Shown here piece after piece: positions 54,742 to 63,643 of a stretch of 64,000 nucleotides of DNA (position 1 is its first letter; every line of letters starts with the position of its first letter). A program made the position numbers and the translations under genes. This DNA is from a virus (Duplodnaviria > Caudoviricetes), in IMG/VR virus record IMGVR_UViG_3300042451_000960. One strand, 5' to 3'. The notes beneath the pieces were generated by a model, which did no database searches, was not told the origin of the DNA, and saw only the letters and a list, made by a program, of their open reading frames with translations.

Positions 54742-55812
54742 TTAATTAATTACTTCAAAAGTTAAATCATCATCAAAATACTGAATATCTCCTTCTCCAA
54801 AATCAACTTTAAATTCCATCTTATAGACTCTTCCTATTTCCCAATTGGAAAGATTTAATTTAAAATAATTTCCACTACTATTACAACTTATTTTTGAATA
54901 GTCACCAAATGGTACAATTACATCATCTGATGCGAAGTCTTTAATTTGATAATATGACGATGTTGGTAGATATTTAATATCGTTGTATGTGAATGTATTA
55001 CTAAAAGTTTTTACAGGATAAAGTTCTCTACCTAAAACTTCTATTTTAGGTGTTGTATTTACTTTATATTCTTTTTTGAAATTTCTTGCTACAACTTTTA
55101 AATTTGTTGAAGTAATTGCCGATAATGAGCCAGTTGAAAAAGCTTGGTCGTTCCAACCAATTCTTAATTTTGGTTGATATATAGTATGCGTTTCTTTACT
55201 AAATAATTTTACAATACCATAATCTTCCGTATCAGTTTCTACAGAGTTTGAGTGTTTTAATATAATACCATCATTTGGAATAGAACCACTTATCCATGCT
55301 CTAATCATAGATTTAACATCCATTTGAATATCTGCTGTTTGGTAATTAAAATACTGAGATGATTCTGAAGTGGTGTAATACACACCACCCAATCCATTAT
55401 AACTTCCAGTAGAACCCAAAGCATATACATTATTAGGTAACCATCTATCTTTTGAATCACCTTCTCTATAATTCCAAGTCACACCTTCTGTTGTAATATC
55501 ATCGAATCTAGTTCCTTTACCCATTTGCCAACTTCCAGAAATTGGATGTGCGTATATTGTATATTCTAAAGGAATTTCTTCACTTTCAGTTTCTCTCAAA
55601 ACTAAAGTTGCTTCTCCTAAATTCATACTACCATTTGAAATGGATGATGATAAGTGACTTATATCAAATTTTAATAAAGCTCTTGAAACATCTTTTATTG
55701 TTCCATAATAAACTTTAGTCACTTCTAATACTTCATCCAATCCAGTATTTTGGTTTGGTTGTTGTAGATAAACCGTTGCATCTTTTGATGCTGTTATAAA
55801 ATAGTATGCCAT
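54742..55812 (-). CDS. DNRLRE/CBM96-like domain structural protein
   Basis: KDATVY...PNQNTG...LEV...SRALLKFDIS...LVLRE...QPKL.I.W. Confidence 0.6.
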   Translation of the reverse strand: MAYYFITASKDATVYLQQPNQNTGLDEVLEVTKVYYGTIKDVSRALLKFDISHLSSSISNGSMNLGEATLVLRETESEEIPLEYTIYAHPISGSWQMGKGTRFDDITTEGVTWNYREGDSKDRWLPNNVYALGSTGSYNGLGGVYYTTSESSQYFNYQTADIQMDVKSMIRAWISGSIPNDGIILKHSNSVETDTEDYGIVKLFSKETHTIYQPKLRIGWNDQAFSTGSLSAITSTNLKVVARNFKKEYKVNTTPKIEVLGRELYPVKTFSNTFTYNDIKYLPTSSYYQIKDFASDDVIVPFGDYSKISCNSSGNYFKLNLSNWEIGRVYKMEFKVDFGEGDIQYFDDDLTFEVIN

Positions 55813-57851
55813 TATCTTACTCTACCTTTTATGTCTGAATCAGGATATTTCACCTCAAAAACTGATGGGTCTAATGATGGATATACAATCTTATCTTTTG
55901 TTGCCGCAGTAATGTTATAAGAATTATTTGTATATCTACCACCCCCACATTTATTTACAATTTCAACCATAGGTACTGATGATACTCCTTCAACATTTGC
56001 TATTAACAATTCAACTTCACTCAAATTTATAGTTTGATTAAATTGCCAATTTTCAGTATTGAAGTAATCTTTTAACTCAGTTATACACTTAGTCAATACT
56101 TCAGATTTATTGTAATTTTGGTAAACAATAATTTCAAAGTTTATACCAATATTTATAATAAAACCATCTAATATATTTACACCATCAGTTAAGATACGGT
56201 ATTCATTTAAATAAGTTTTTAAGTTTTCTTTTACGCCTCTATTTAATTGACTTAACCTACCATCAGAATTATATCCTAATAAATAAAGATTAATTGCAAA
56301 TGGATTATTTTTTTCGTTTGTATTTGAAGTTTTTCCAATTAAAAATTTTTGTATATCTTGCTTAACACTTGCTACATTAGGTTCTTCACTATCAGGTTTA
56401 TTTACAAAGCTCATTACCAAATCAGTAAATTCTTGCAAATTATTTGGAGATGCTAATATTGATGATGGTGAATTATTATCTAACGTACCATCTGCTGTTG
56501 CAAATGCCTTTGCTATACCACCATATTTTGCAGGCATAGATAATGCTCTTACTTGATAATCTTTTGCAGTAACTGCTCTATTTTGAGAACCAAAATTTGC
56601 TAATGCATTCTGTCTAATTTCTTCTACAGTCTCACCACTTCTACCACCAGTTGCAGGTACTTCATTATCTATTGCTATGGAATTTTTAACTGTGTTGTAC
56701 GTTGCTAATTCTGGTGTTGAAAATAAACTCAAATCTTCTTCATATTGAACTGCACTTATTCTTGTCAATTCACCTACACCAATATTTGAATTTACACCAC
56801 CACCAATTAAATACTTAACTGTTATTGTTGTGTTGGCTGGTGATGTTCCATATGTTTTTGTTTTTAAAAAATTAGTTGGGTCGAATGATTCTTCCAATCT
56901 ACTAATTGAATTTGGTAATCCCAATCCTACATTCTTAAGATTTGGAATCAATTGTTCATCTGCCGCAGATGGGTCACCAGCTCCAAATTGTATAGTCATT
57001 GTACTATCTGCATTTACTTTAGTAACAAATCGTTTTGGAGTTCTAATGGTTTTAAGAACATATGGTACTGTAGTTTTGAATTGATATAAATCAGGATCGT
57101 TTGCTTCAGTATTTGGCATATCAGCAAAAACCATTTCTTGTGCTAAATAAGGTACTTCATAATATTTGTTATTATTAGAATCTCTTACATCATAAATTTC
57201 TATTATATTTGTATCATCTAAATTAATTCTCTGAAATGGTTCGTATGTTCCAAAATCAAATGTTATTGTTTTTTCATCAGCTGATATAGCTTGTACATAT
57301 TTTTTTATAAGATAGAATGTTGGTTCTCCTGTTATTGCATCTCTTTGATATACTGTGATTTCTCTATCTGTTTCATCATTAAAGTCCACAACATTTGTAG
57401 TTCTAAAAACCACTCCATTTGTATTAGATGTAGTGCGTAATCCTTCCCTTATTCTTAAATAATATTTTGGGTCTGGTTTGTTATTAGCGCCAGTTCCTAT
57501 TGATGGGACTAATTGATAAATTGATAATGTAGTTATTGCTGGCGCAGTTACTTTTGGTTTATATCCCAAATATTGAGATAATGCTAAAATATTTTGAATA
57601 TCTTCAGCATACACCATTAGAGATTCTTTTAATGTATCATCAACATAATAAGATAAAGAATCGCCAATATAAGATGCCATCTCTATAAACATCATACCAG
57701 GAGAAGCCTCATTAAAATCTGAATACGTTTTTGGAAAATAAGTCTTAGCATACTCAATAAGATTTTCTCTAAAACTTACAAAATCCTTATTAAGATATTT
57801 TATATCTCTACCTTTATTTTTAAAATTCTTATTTGTAATAGTTAATGCCAT
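55812..57851 (-). CDS. gp6: Baseplate wedge protein gp6-like
   Basis: YLNKDFVSFRENLIEYAK.YFP.TYSDFNEASPGMMFIEMASYIGD.LSYY; QNRAVTAKDY. Confidence 0.9.
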   Translation of the reverse strand: MALTITNKNFKNKGRDIKYLNKDFVSFRENLIEYAKTYFPKTYSDFNEASPGMMFIEMASYIGDSLSYYVDDTLKESLMVYAEDIQNILALSQYLGYKPKVTAPAITTLSIYQLVPSIGTGANNKPDPKYYLRIREGLRTTSNTNGVVFRTTNVVDFNDETDREITVYQRDAITGEPTFYLIKKYVQAISADEKTITFDFGTYEPFQRINLDDTNIIEIYDVRDSNNNKYYEVPYLAQEMVFADMPNTEANDPDLYQFKTTVPYVLKTIRTPKRFVTKVNADSTMTIQFGAGDPSAADEQLIPNLKNVGLGLPNSISRLEESFDPTNFLKTKTYGTSPANTTITVKYLIGGGVNSNIGVGELTRISAVQYEEDLSLFSTPELATYNTVKNSIAIDNEVPATGGRSGETVEEIRQNALANFGSQNRAVTAKDYQVRALSMPAKYGGIAKAFATADGTLDNNSPSSILASPNNLQEFTDLVMSFVNKPDSEEPNVASVKQDIQKFLIGKTSNTNEKNNPFAINLYLLGYNSDGRLSQLNRGVKENLKTYLNEYRILTDGVNILDGFIINIGINFEIIVYQNYNKSEVLTKCITELKDYFNTENWQFNQTINLSEVELLIANVEGVSSVPMVEIVNKCGGGRYTNNSYNITAATKDKIVYPSLDPSVFEVKYPDSDIKGRVR

Positions 57852-57860
57852 ACTTTTTTA

Positions 57861-58289
57861 TTATGCTGCTACATTAAAAGTAACACTGTTTAATTCTGGG
57901 TTATTTAAAACTGAAAACGATATTGTAATATTAACTAAATTATTATCTCTTTCATAATTTCCGTTTTCAACTAAAATATCTTCTACATTTACATATGGTA
58001 ACCAAATTTGTATGGCACTTCCAATAGCTTCTTCTATTTTACCCGGAAGTTGGTCATCATTAAAATCAAAAATTAGATTTTGCAAATTACTTCCAAATTC
58101 CGGTTGCATTGGCCTCTCACCTTTTTTTGTGAGAAGTAAATTTTTAATATTAGATTTTGCTTGTTCTGCTGTTTTATATGCCTGAGCAAATGAATTTCCT
58201 GTCATCTGCAAAGGTAGTGTTATACCAATAGCATAATCTTCGTATTTTTTTACGTCTTGAACAAGTTTACTACCTAATACAATTGCCAT
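57861..58289 (-). CDS. gp25: Baseplate wedge / sheath initiator gp25-like
   Basis: NIKNLLLTKKGERPMQPEFGSNL...IQIWLPYV. Confidence 0.92.
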   Translation of the reverse strand: MAIVLGSKLVQDVKKYEDYAIGITLPLQMTGNSFAQAYKTAEQAKSNIKNLLLTKKGERPMQPEFGSNLQNLIFDFNDDQLPGKIEEAIGSAIQIWLPYVNVEDILVENGNYERDNNLVNITISFSVLNNPELNSVTFNVAA

Positions 58290-58765
58290 TATTTCTTAAA
58301 TCTTTTAACAAGCTCAGAATAATCTCTATTAAAAGCTTTATCTAATTCAGCTACGCCCGTTTGAACTCCCAATCCGGTTTTTTGAGTTCCATTAGCGAAT
58401 TCACCATAACCCATTTTTTCAGCCATTGCTGTTCTACCAACTATTGAACCCATATCAGCCTGTCCAAACGCCATAGTTCTAAAACCACCAGCATCATTTG
58501 AAACAGCTGCTTTTGTTTCGTTTAGTATTTGATTAATCATTGGATTCTTACTAAATTCTTTTGATTTTGTATCTGCTACTTTAATTACTTCCTCACCTAA
58601 AATAGCTTTAGTCATACTTAATCCAGTATTTTTTGGTTGTTTTTGTTCAGCCAACAATTTCTTCATTTCAGACCTTACAGCTTCCTTAATAAGAGTAGGA
58701 AGTTGTTGTTTAATTTCCTCTTTAACTAAGATTTGAATGGCTTGTACTAATTTCTCAGTATTCAT
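58289..58765 (-). CDS. Hypothetical protein
   Basis: 158 aa, coupled to gp25, own late-like motif. Confidence 0.65.
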   Translation of the reverse strand: MNTEKLVQAIQILVKEEIKQQLPTLIKEAVRSEMKKLLAEQKQPKNTGLSMTKAILGEEVIKVADTKSKEFSKNPMINQILNETKAAVSNDAGGFRTMAFGQADMGSIVGRTAMAEKMGYGEFANGTQKTGLGVQTGVAELDKAFNRDYSELVKRFKK

Positions 58766-58785
58766 ATGTCTTTATTTGTTATGTT

Positions 58786-58794
58786 TATAAATAT
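58786..58794 (-). promoter_or_regulatory. Late-promoter-like motif ATATTTATA
   Basis: 21 nt upstream of ATG 58765. Confidence 0.6.
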
Positions 58795-58820
58795 TTGAAT
58801 GGTATATTTTTGGGATTTTA

Positions 58821-59963
58821 TTATACTTGTGTAGAATATACATCAACTTTTGTAACTAAAGATGCTAAATAACTACCACTACCCCTCTTTATTGGACTAC
58901 CAGCAATTATACTTGTAATTAATAAATTAGCATCCGATTGGGAAGCCCCTTGAGTTGGAATACCCATTTTTTTAGAAAAAGTTTTAAGACTTCTATTAAT
59001 AAACCATGCACAGCTATCTGCAGCTGGTTCTGGTTGTTGTAATAATTCTGGGTTTGTGACTAAAGAAGTATTTTTGTAAACTGCCAATGAATTTGCCGTA
59101 TAATTAGCTTTTCCTGTAATTTGGATAAACCCTCTACCTCTATATCGGAAGCCATCACCAGATGATGTATTTCCTAGCCACTTACCAACATTACCCGAAT
59201 CAGGACCATACATTAAATCTCCCATACTTTGTGGATTAGATTTAATTCCATTTAGTTCTACATCGGAATATTTTGAAGCTCGTTTACCAAATATAGACCT
59301 AATTCTTTCATTTGATGTACCACCATAATTCATAAATTCAACAATAGGTTGTCCACCAGATTCTTTTAAAGCATTTGCTTTTACCGCTTTTACTATTGCT
59401 TCATCAGTAATACCAACTTTAGCTAATGCCCTTTCTATTAAATCTAAATTTTTATTTTTGTTATACTTTTTACCACCAGAGCCAGCATCTTTTTTTTGTG
59501 GATTTTTTCTTTCATCTTCTTCAGTTTCTTTATTTCTTTTATTTTTTTCTTCTTCGTTTACTTCATTATTTGTTTTCACAGCTTCTCCAATAGGTATCCT
59601 TTCATTTACAGTTTCGTCTATAAATCTTTTACCAACTTGTCTTACTTCTTCATCATCGGTTTCTTCAATTACACTTTGAACCGCTTTTATATCTTCCTCT
59701 GCTAATTCTCTTTGAGTTGCTAAAGCTTCTGCTTCTTCTTCAGTTGGAACTTCATTTATATCTGAAGCTGTTGGTTGACTTGGAGTTGCTGGGTCAACAA
59801 AGTATCCTGTCCAAGTTAATATACCTGGTGCTGGAGTTCCTGTCGGTGGATATAATGAAGTTGTACTTATAGTACCACCAACTGTTGTAAGATGTTGTGT
59901 AGCATAAGCTATAAAATCATCTACTATTAAGCCTGTATTTTTAGTTGGTGAAATTGCTGACAT
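58821..59963 (-). CDS. GH19 lysozyme-like muramidase with N-terminal structural domain and acidic linker
   Basis: KESGG...EFMNY; GDGFRYRGRGFIQITGKANY; L..PELL. Confidence 0.85.
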   Translation of the reverse strand: MSAISPTKNTGLIVDDFIAYATQHLTTVGGTISTTSLYPPTGTPAPGILTWTGYFVDPATPSQPTASDINEVPTEEEAEALATQRELAEEDIKAVQSVIEETDDEEVRQVGKRFIDETVNERIPIGEAVKTNNEVNEEEKNKRNKETEEDERKNPQKKDAGSGGKKYNKNKNLDLIERALAKVGITDEAIVKAVKANALKESGGQPIVEFMNYGGTSNERIRSIFGKRASKYSDVELNGIKSNPQSMGDLMYGPDSGNVGKWLGNTSSGDGFRYRGRGFIQITGKANYTANSLAVYKNTSLVTNPELLQQPEPAADSCAWFINRSLKTFSKKMGIPTQGASQSDANLLITSIIAGSPIKRGSGSYLASLVTKVDVYSTQV

Positions 59964-59966
59964 ATA

Positions 59967-61154
59967 TTATTTTTTTACAGGTAGTACATAACCTAATGCT
60001 TTTGCAGTAGTAGTTTTCTTTTTAAATACACCAACCCCATTTCTACTAAACCCACCACCAGAAGTATTACCTTCTATCGTTTTAACTATATTTCCATCAA
60101 CCGATTCTACAATACCTATATGATGTGCATCAGCAGGTGTACCATATAATATGGCTGCTCCTATTGCTGGTGTTGTACTCCACAATCCATTTTTCTTTGC
60201 CCAACTAACCCATTGGTCACATCCTGCACTATTTGGTGATTTTGCTCCCGCTGATTTGAACCAACTTGAAACAGCAGCTGCACACCAAAAGGCTGGTGCT
60301 TTATGACCAACTCCAGCAAGAACAGAAGAAACATAAGGTCCCCAATTTTCAGGTTTGCCCGGTGGGAGTGGGTTTTCTAATTTACCAACATCCATATTTG
60401 CATAAGCAACAATTCTTTTTCCAATATCGGATTCAGCCACATTTGGTGGTGGTCCTTGTGGTTCATCTGCTGGTCTTGATGGTGTATTAGTTGTGACCTG
60501 AATTGGATTTGTAACACCACCATCTAAAGGTATTTCAGTTCTTATTGGTGGTGTTCTAACATCTTCATCATCTACTGAATAGTTTTCATTTGTGGCTAAT
60601 CTAGTTTCTTGATAAGATATTTGTTCTTTTGCTGCTTCTTTTATATCTTCAGAAACTTCTGGGTCATTTTCTATTGCTGCAAGTTCTTGTTTGGCACTTT
60701 CTAAATCTTCTTTTGCTCCTTGTTTTTGTTCTTCACTCATTTCAAAGTTTGGTTGTCCGCCTAAACTTTGTGGTGGTTGCCATTGGCCTGGATTACTAAT
60801 TGAATTAGAAATTACAGCAACATTTACAACAGCACCAACAGCTGGTATGATGGGAATTGGCGTATTATACATTGTACCACTTGTCCAATATGCTAAAACA
60901 CCCTTTCCCATTTCACCAACCAAATCATAAGGTTGTTTTGATGTTAAACCTTTTTGTAAAGCAACTACAAAAAGTTGTTTCATTGCTTCAACATTACCTT
61001 TTTGTAAAGGTACACCATGTACAGTATCTTTACCTCTTTTTATCGCAGCATCATATTCTCTAGCATACAATTCAGCTACCTGTTCTATACTTCTTATTTG
61101 GTCTGGATTGTTAGCAACATTTAATATATTATTTTTGAATATCTCCCAAGACAT
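59967..61154 (-). CDS. CHAP-domain amidase/endopeptidase with N-terminal structural domain
   Basis: WCAAAVSSW (Cys); HIGIVE...KTIEGN (His, Glu). Confidence 0.85.
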   Translation of the reverse strand: MSWEIFKNNILNVANNPDQIRSIEQVAELYAREYDAAIKRGKDTVHGVPLQKGNVEAMKQLFVVALQKGLTSKQPYDLVGEMGKGVLAYWTSGTMYNTPIPIIPAVGAVVNVAVISNSISNPGQWQPPQSLGGQPNFEMSEEQKQGAKEDLESAKQELAAIENDPEVSEDIKEAAKEQISYQETRLATNENYSVDDEDVRTPPIRTEIPLDGGVTNPIQVTTNTPSRPADEPQGPPPNVAESDIGKRIVAYANMDVGKLENPLPPGKPENWGPYVSSVLAGVGHKAPAFWCAAAVSSWFKSAGAKSPNSAGCDQWVSWAKKNGLWSTTPAIGAAILYGTPADAHHIGIVESVDGNIVKTIEGNTSGGGFSRNGVGVFKKKTTTAKALGYVLPVKK

Positions 61155-62383
61155 TATGAAGTTTTGTTTAAGTTACTCAAAGCAGTTTTTAATTTACTTT
61201 TTATTGAATTAAATGTTGGTAAGTTTTCAGGTCCTACCTTTGATGGACCAGATGGTGTTAAATAATTTTGGGCTACTATTGCATCAATAAGTTCTTCCAT
61301 AATAGAAACCCACTTATCACCCTTTACTAAAGGTTCTAACTCTTTATCACCTAAATTTATTTTACCATTACCTGTGTTGAGGTTTACATCTCTATCGTTA
61401 GTTTTTACATTCGTATTATCCCCAACGTTTATATCTATTCCTAATTTGTTATCAATTGATAATCCACCATCAGAAATAAATCCGTAATTCTTTTTAGAAT
61501 AAAAAATCATTTCCGCATTTTTTGCAGATAATATAATTCTTCCCGAATTTATTAAAATTTGGTCTCCTTTTAATGTAGATGGATATGATTTAAAACTATT
61601 TGGTTTTGTTTCAAAATCAGAAGTTCCTTTATCATCAACAGTACCGGGTGCAAAGTTTAATTGATACTGATTAGAGCTTAATGTAATTATACTACCATCT
61701 CTAGCAACGTCTTCATTTATTGTATTTGCATTATCATTATTTCTTGTAATTGAACTCTCTCCATTTCTTATTATTACTGTTGGTGAAAACGTTCTATCGT
61801 TGTTATTGTAAGCGGAAAATCTTATTGATTGTCCAAATCGGCTTTCAATAAGCATATCACCTTCATTAAGTTTTAATTTGTGTATTCCATTTTCTAATTT
61901 AAAATAATCACCATAGCCATCATACTTTGTTGATTCATCTGCATTAGTTCTTTGAATTCCCGTTGATTGTACTTTATTATAATCTTGTGCACTTTGAGAA
62001 TTATCCTTTTCAGGTGAAAATAATTTTGAAATTGTAGTTTCTGGTGTATTAACATTTGGACTTGCTTCATTTCCAATTCTTTTATAATAAGGTTGTCCAT
62101 TTCCAGCTACTATAATTTCAACTATTTCATTTTTAACAGGTAATGATTTGAAATTTTTATCAAATGGTAGTGCAACAGGTAATTTTGCTTCATCAGAAGA
62201 CATCTGTCCACTAAATCTAAATTGAATAGCCCCTACATAACTTACATCTAAATCTTTATTTTTAATAACAGGACTTGTTTCATCCAAAATAATAGCATAA
62301 ACAGTGCCCAATCCTTTTGGAGTAGAACCTACGGCGTTTTGTGATGACCTTGCTGATGTTACTCTTGAATTTTCTAATGGCAT
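61154..62383 (-). CDS. Baseplate hub/central spike, gp5/gpV-like, no lysozyme domain
   Basis: OB-fold-like LPVKNEIVEII; EGDMLIESRFGQSIRF; beta-helix-like repeats; C-terminal PLVKGD...TPSGPS. Confidence 0.65.
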   Translation of the reverse strand: MPLENSRVTSARSSQNAVGSTPKGLGTVYAIILDETSPVIKNKDLDVSYVGAIQFRFSGQMSSDEAKLPVALPFDKNFKSLPVKNEIVEIIVAGNGQPYYKRIGNEASPNVNTPETTISKLFSPEKDNSQSAQDYNKVQSTGIQRTNADESTKYDGYGDYFKLENGIHKLKLNEGDMLIESRFGQSIRFSAYNNNDRTFSPTVIIRNGESSITRNNDNANTINEDVARDGSIITLSSNQYQLNFAPGTVDDKGTSDFETKPNSFKSYPSTLKGDQILINSGRIILSAKNAEMIFYSKKNYGFISDGGLSIDNKLGIDINVGDNTNVKTNDRDVNLNTGNGKINLGDKELEPLVKGDKWVSIMEELIDAIVAQNYLTPSGPSKVGPENLPTFNSIKSKLKTALSNLNKTS

Positions 62384-62384
62384 C

Positions 62385-62777
62385 TTATTTTATTGATTTT
62401 TTTAATTCTTCCAACTCAAACTCCAAATCATCTACTCTCTCAACCTCTTGCTTAGTTTCTTCTAATTCTTTGAGTAGTTGATTTTTTTCAAATTCAGTTA
62501 GGAATCCATCTTGTCCTTCGGTTTTCTTTTCAGATGCTATAATTTTAGTTGCAATTGTTGCAAGTTTAACCAATTGGTCATCGTTCTTTACAGAACTATC
62601 AATTAGTGAAGATAGGATAGGTCCTATACTTGCCACATCTCCAGCGTGCTTAATCATTTTTTTAAGTTCTTCTATTAAAGAACTTATCCTTTGTTTCTTT
62701 GAAGTTTGGTTGTTATAAATGTCCTCAAATAGAGAACTTAGGTTTTTTCCTTTAAATAACTCGAAATCTGTTGACAT
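62385..62777 (-). CDS. Hypothetical helical protein
   Basis: 130 aa, coiled-coil ends; own late-like motif. Confidence 0.7.
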   Translation of the reverse strand: MSTDFELFKGKNLSSLFEDIYNNQTSKKQRISSLIEELKKMIKHAGDVASIGPILSSLIDSSVKNDDQLVKLATIATKIIASEKKTEGQDGFLTEFEKNQLLKELEETKQEVERVDDLEFELEELKKSIK

Positions 62778-62801
62778 ACGTTTTTCTATTTTAGGTATGT
62801 C

Positions 62802-62810
62802 TATAAATAT
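62802..62810 (-). promoter_or_regulatory. Late-promoter-like motif ATATTTATA
   Basis: 25 nt upstream of ATG 62777. Confidence 0.6.
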
Positions 62811-62830
62811 GTATAATGAAAAAAGTGGGG

Positions 62831-63643
62831 TTATAATTCGATTACCTGTATTTTTATCTTAGGTTGGTAATCTTTAGGTAGTTGATTGTTTATACCTTTA
62901 AATTCTTTTACTTTATCTTTAAAATATGTAATTTGTAATATACGGTCTGTTAGATTCATTACCGTTTGTGATGATGTAGACATCTCTTTGGTGTCCCTTT
63001 TCATATTTAACATAGGTTTTTTTGGAAAGTATTCCTTTCTCATAGCTTGTGCTATTTCTTTCCAATCATCTACTTTATCAACCGATTTTTCAGCTGATAT
63101 TTTTCTCATTTTAGAACTTAAATACTTTTCTCCATTCGTATATCCAGCATCGGTGAACAAATGTCCGTGATTTGTACGAACCACTGCTGATTCTGAATTT
63201 TGTAGTTTAATATCAGGTTTATGTTTTGATGTGGTCTCAACACTAATCATATGTTTTGGAGAAGATAGAAATGTATGTCCTTTTAGAGCCAATCCACTTT
63301 TACCTTTATATGTTATAGATGCTTTTAATGCCTGTTTAAGTGTTGGTTGTTTAATGATGTTTCTCATTTTATCACCATCAGGACCTGGCTTCCCACCCTT
63401 CTTTACAATCTTATGTTCGGCTTCATCGTGCCCAACTAATAGTGCTGAGTTTACAACACCAATTCCGTTTTCATTTAGTCCTTCACTCCAATCTGTGATT
63501 AAATCATGCAGATATGCAACTTCCACACCATCAATAATAGTGTGAACAATTTCTAAAGATGGGTTGTAAGCTCTATCTCTATTTTTAGCTAATATAAATT
63601 TATCACCAACTTCTTTGGATACAATGATACATTCGTTTATCAT
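62831..63643 (-). CDS. Ntn-hydrolase (C45/NRDE-like, Cys nucleophile)
   Basis: C at residue 5 followed by beta strands, AKNRD, EGLNENGIGVVNS, RTNH. Confidence 0.7.
   Translation of the reverse strand: MINECIIVSKEVGDKFILAKNRDRAYNPSLEIVHTIIDGVEVAYLHDLITDWSEGLNENGIGVVNSALLVGHDEAEHKIVKKGGKPGPDGDKMRNIIKQPTLKQALKASITYKGKSGLALKGHTFLSSPKHMISVETTSKHKPDIKLQNSESAVVRTNHGHLFTDAGYTNGEKYLSSKMRKISAEKSVDKVDDWKEIAQAMRKEYFPKKPMLNMKRDTKEMSTSSQTVMNLTDRILQITYFKDKVKEFKGINNQLPKDYQPKIKIQVIEL

Noticed and set aside
62385-62777. Small terminase call for the 130-aa helical protein
   Set aside because: Only vague helical resemblance to gp16 and far from TerL; insufficient support.
1321-63545. Numerous plus-strand ORFs of 60-132 aa in the track (e.g. 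7171..7533, 15780..16178, 25675..26091, 63231..63545)
   Set aside because: All lie antisense to long minus-strand genes, have shadow-like composition and no recognisable motifs.
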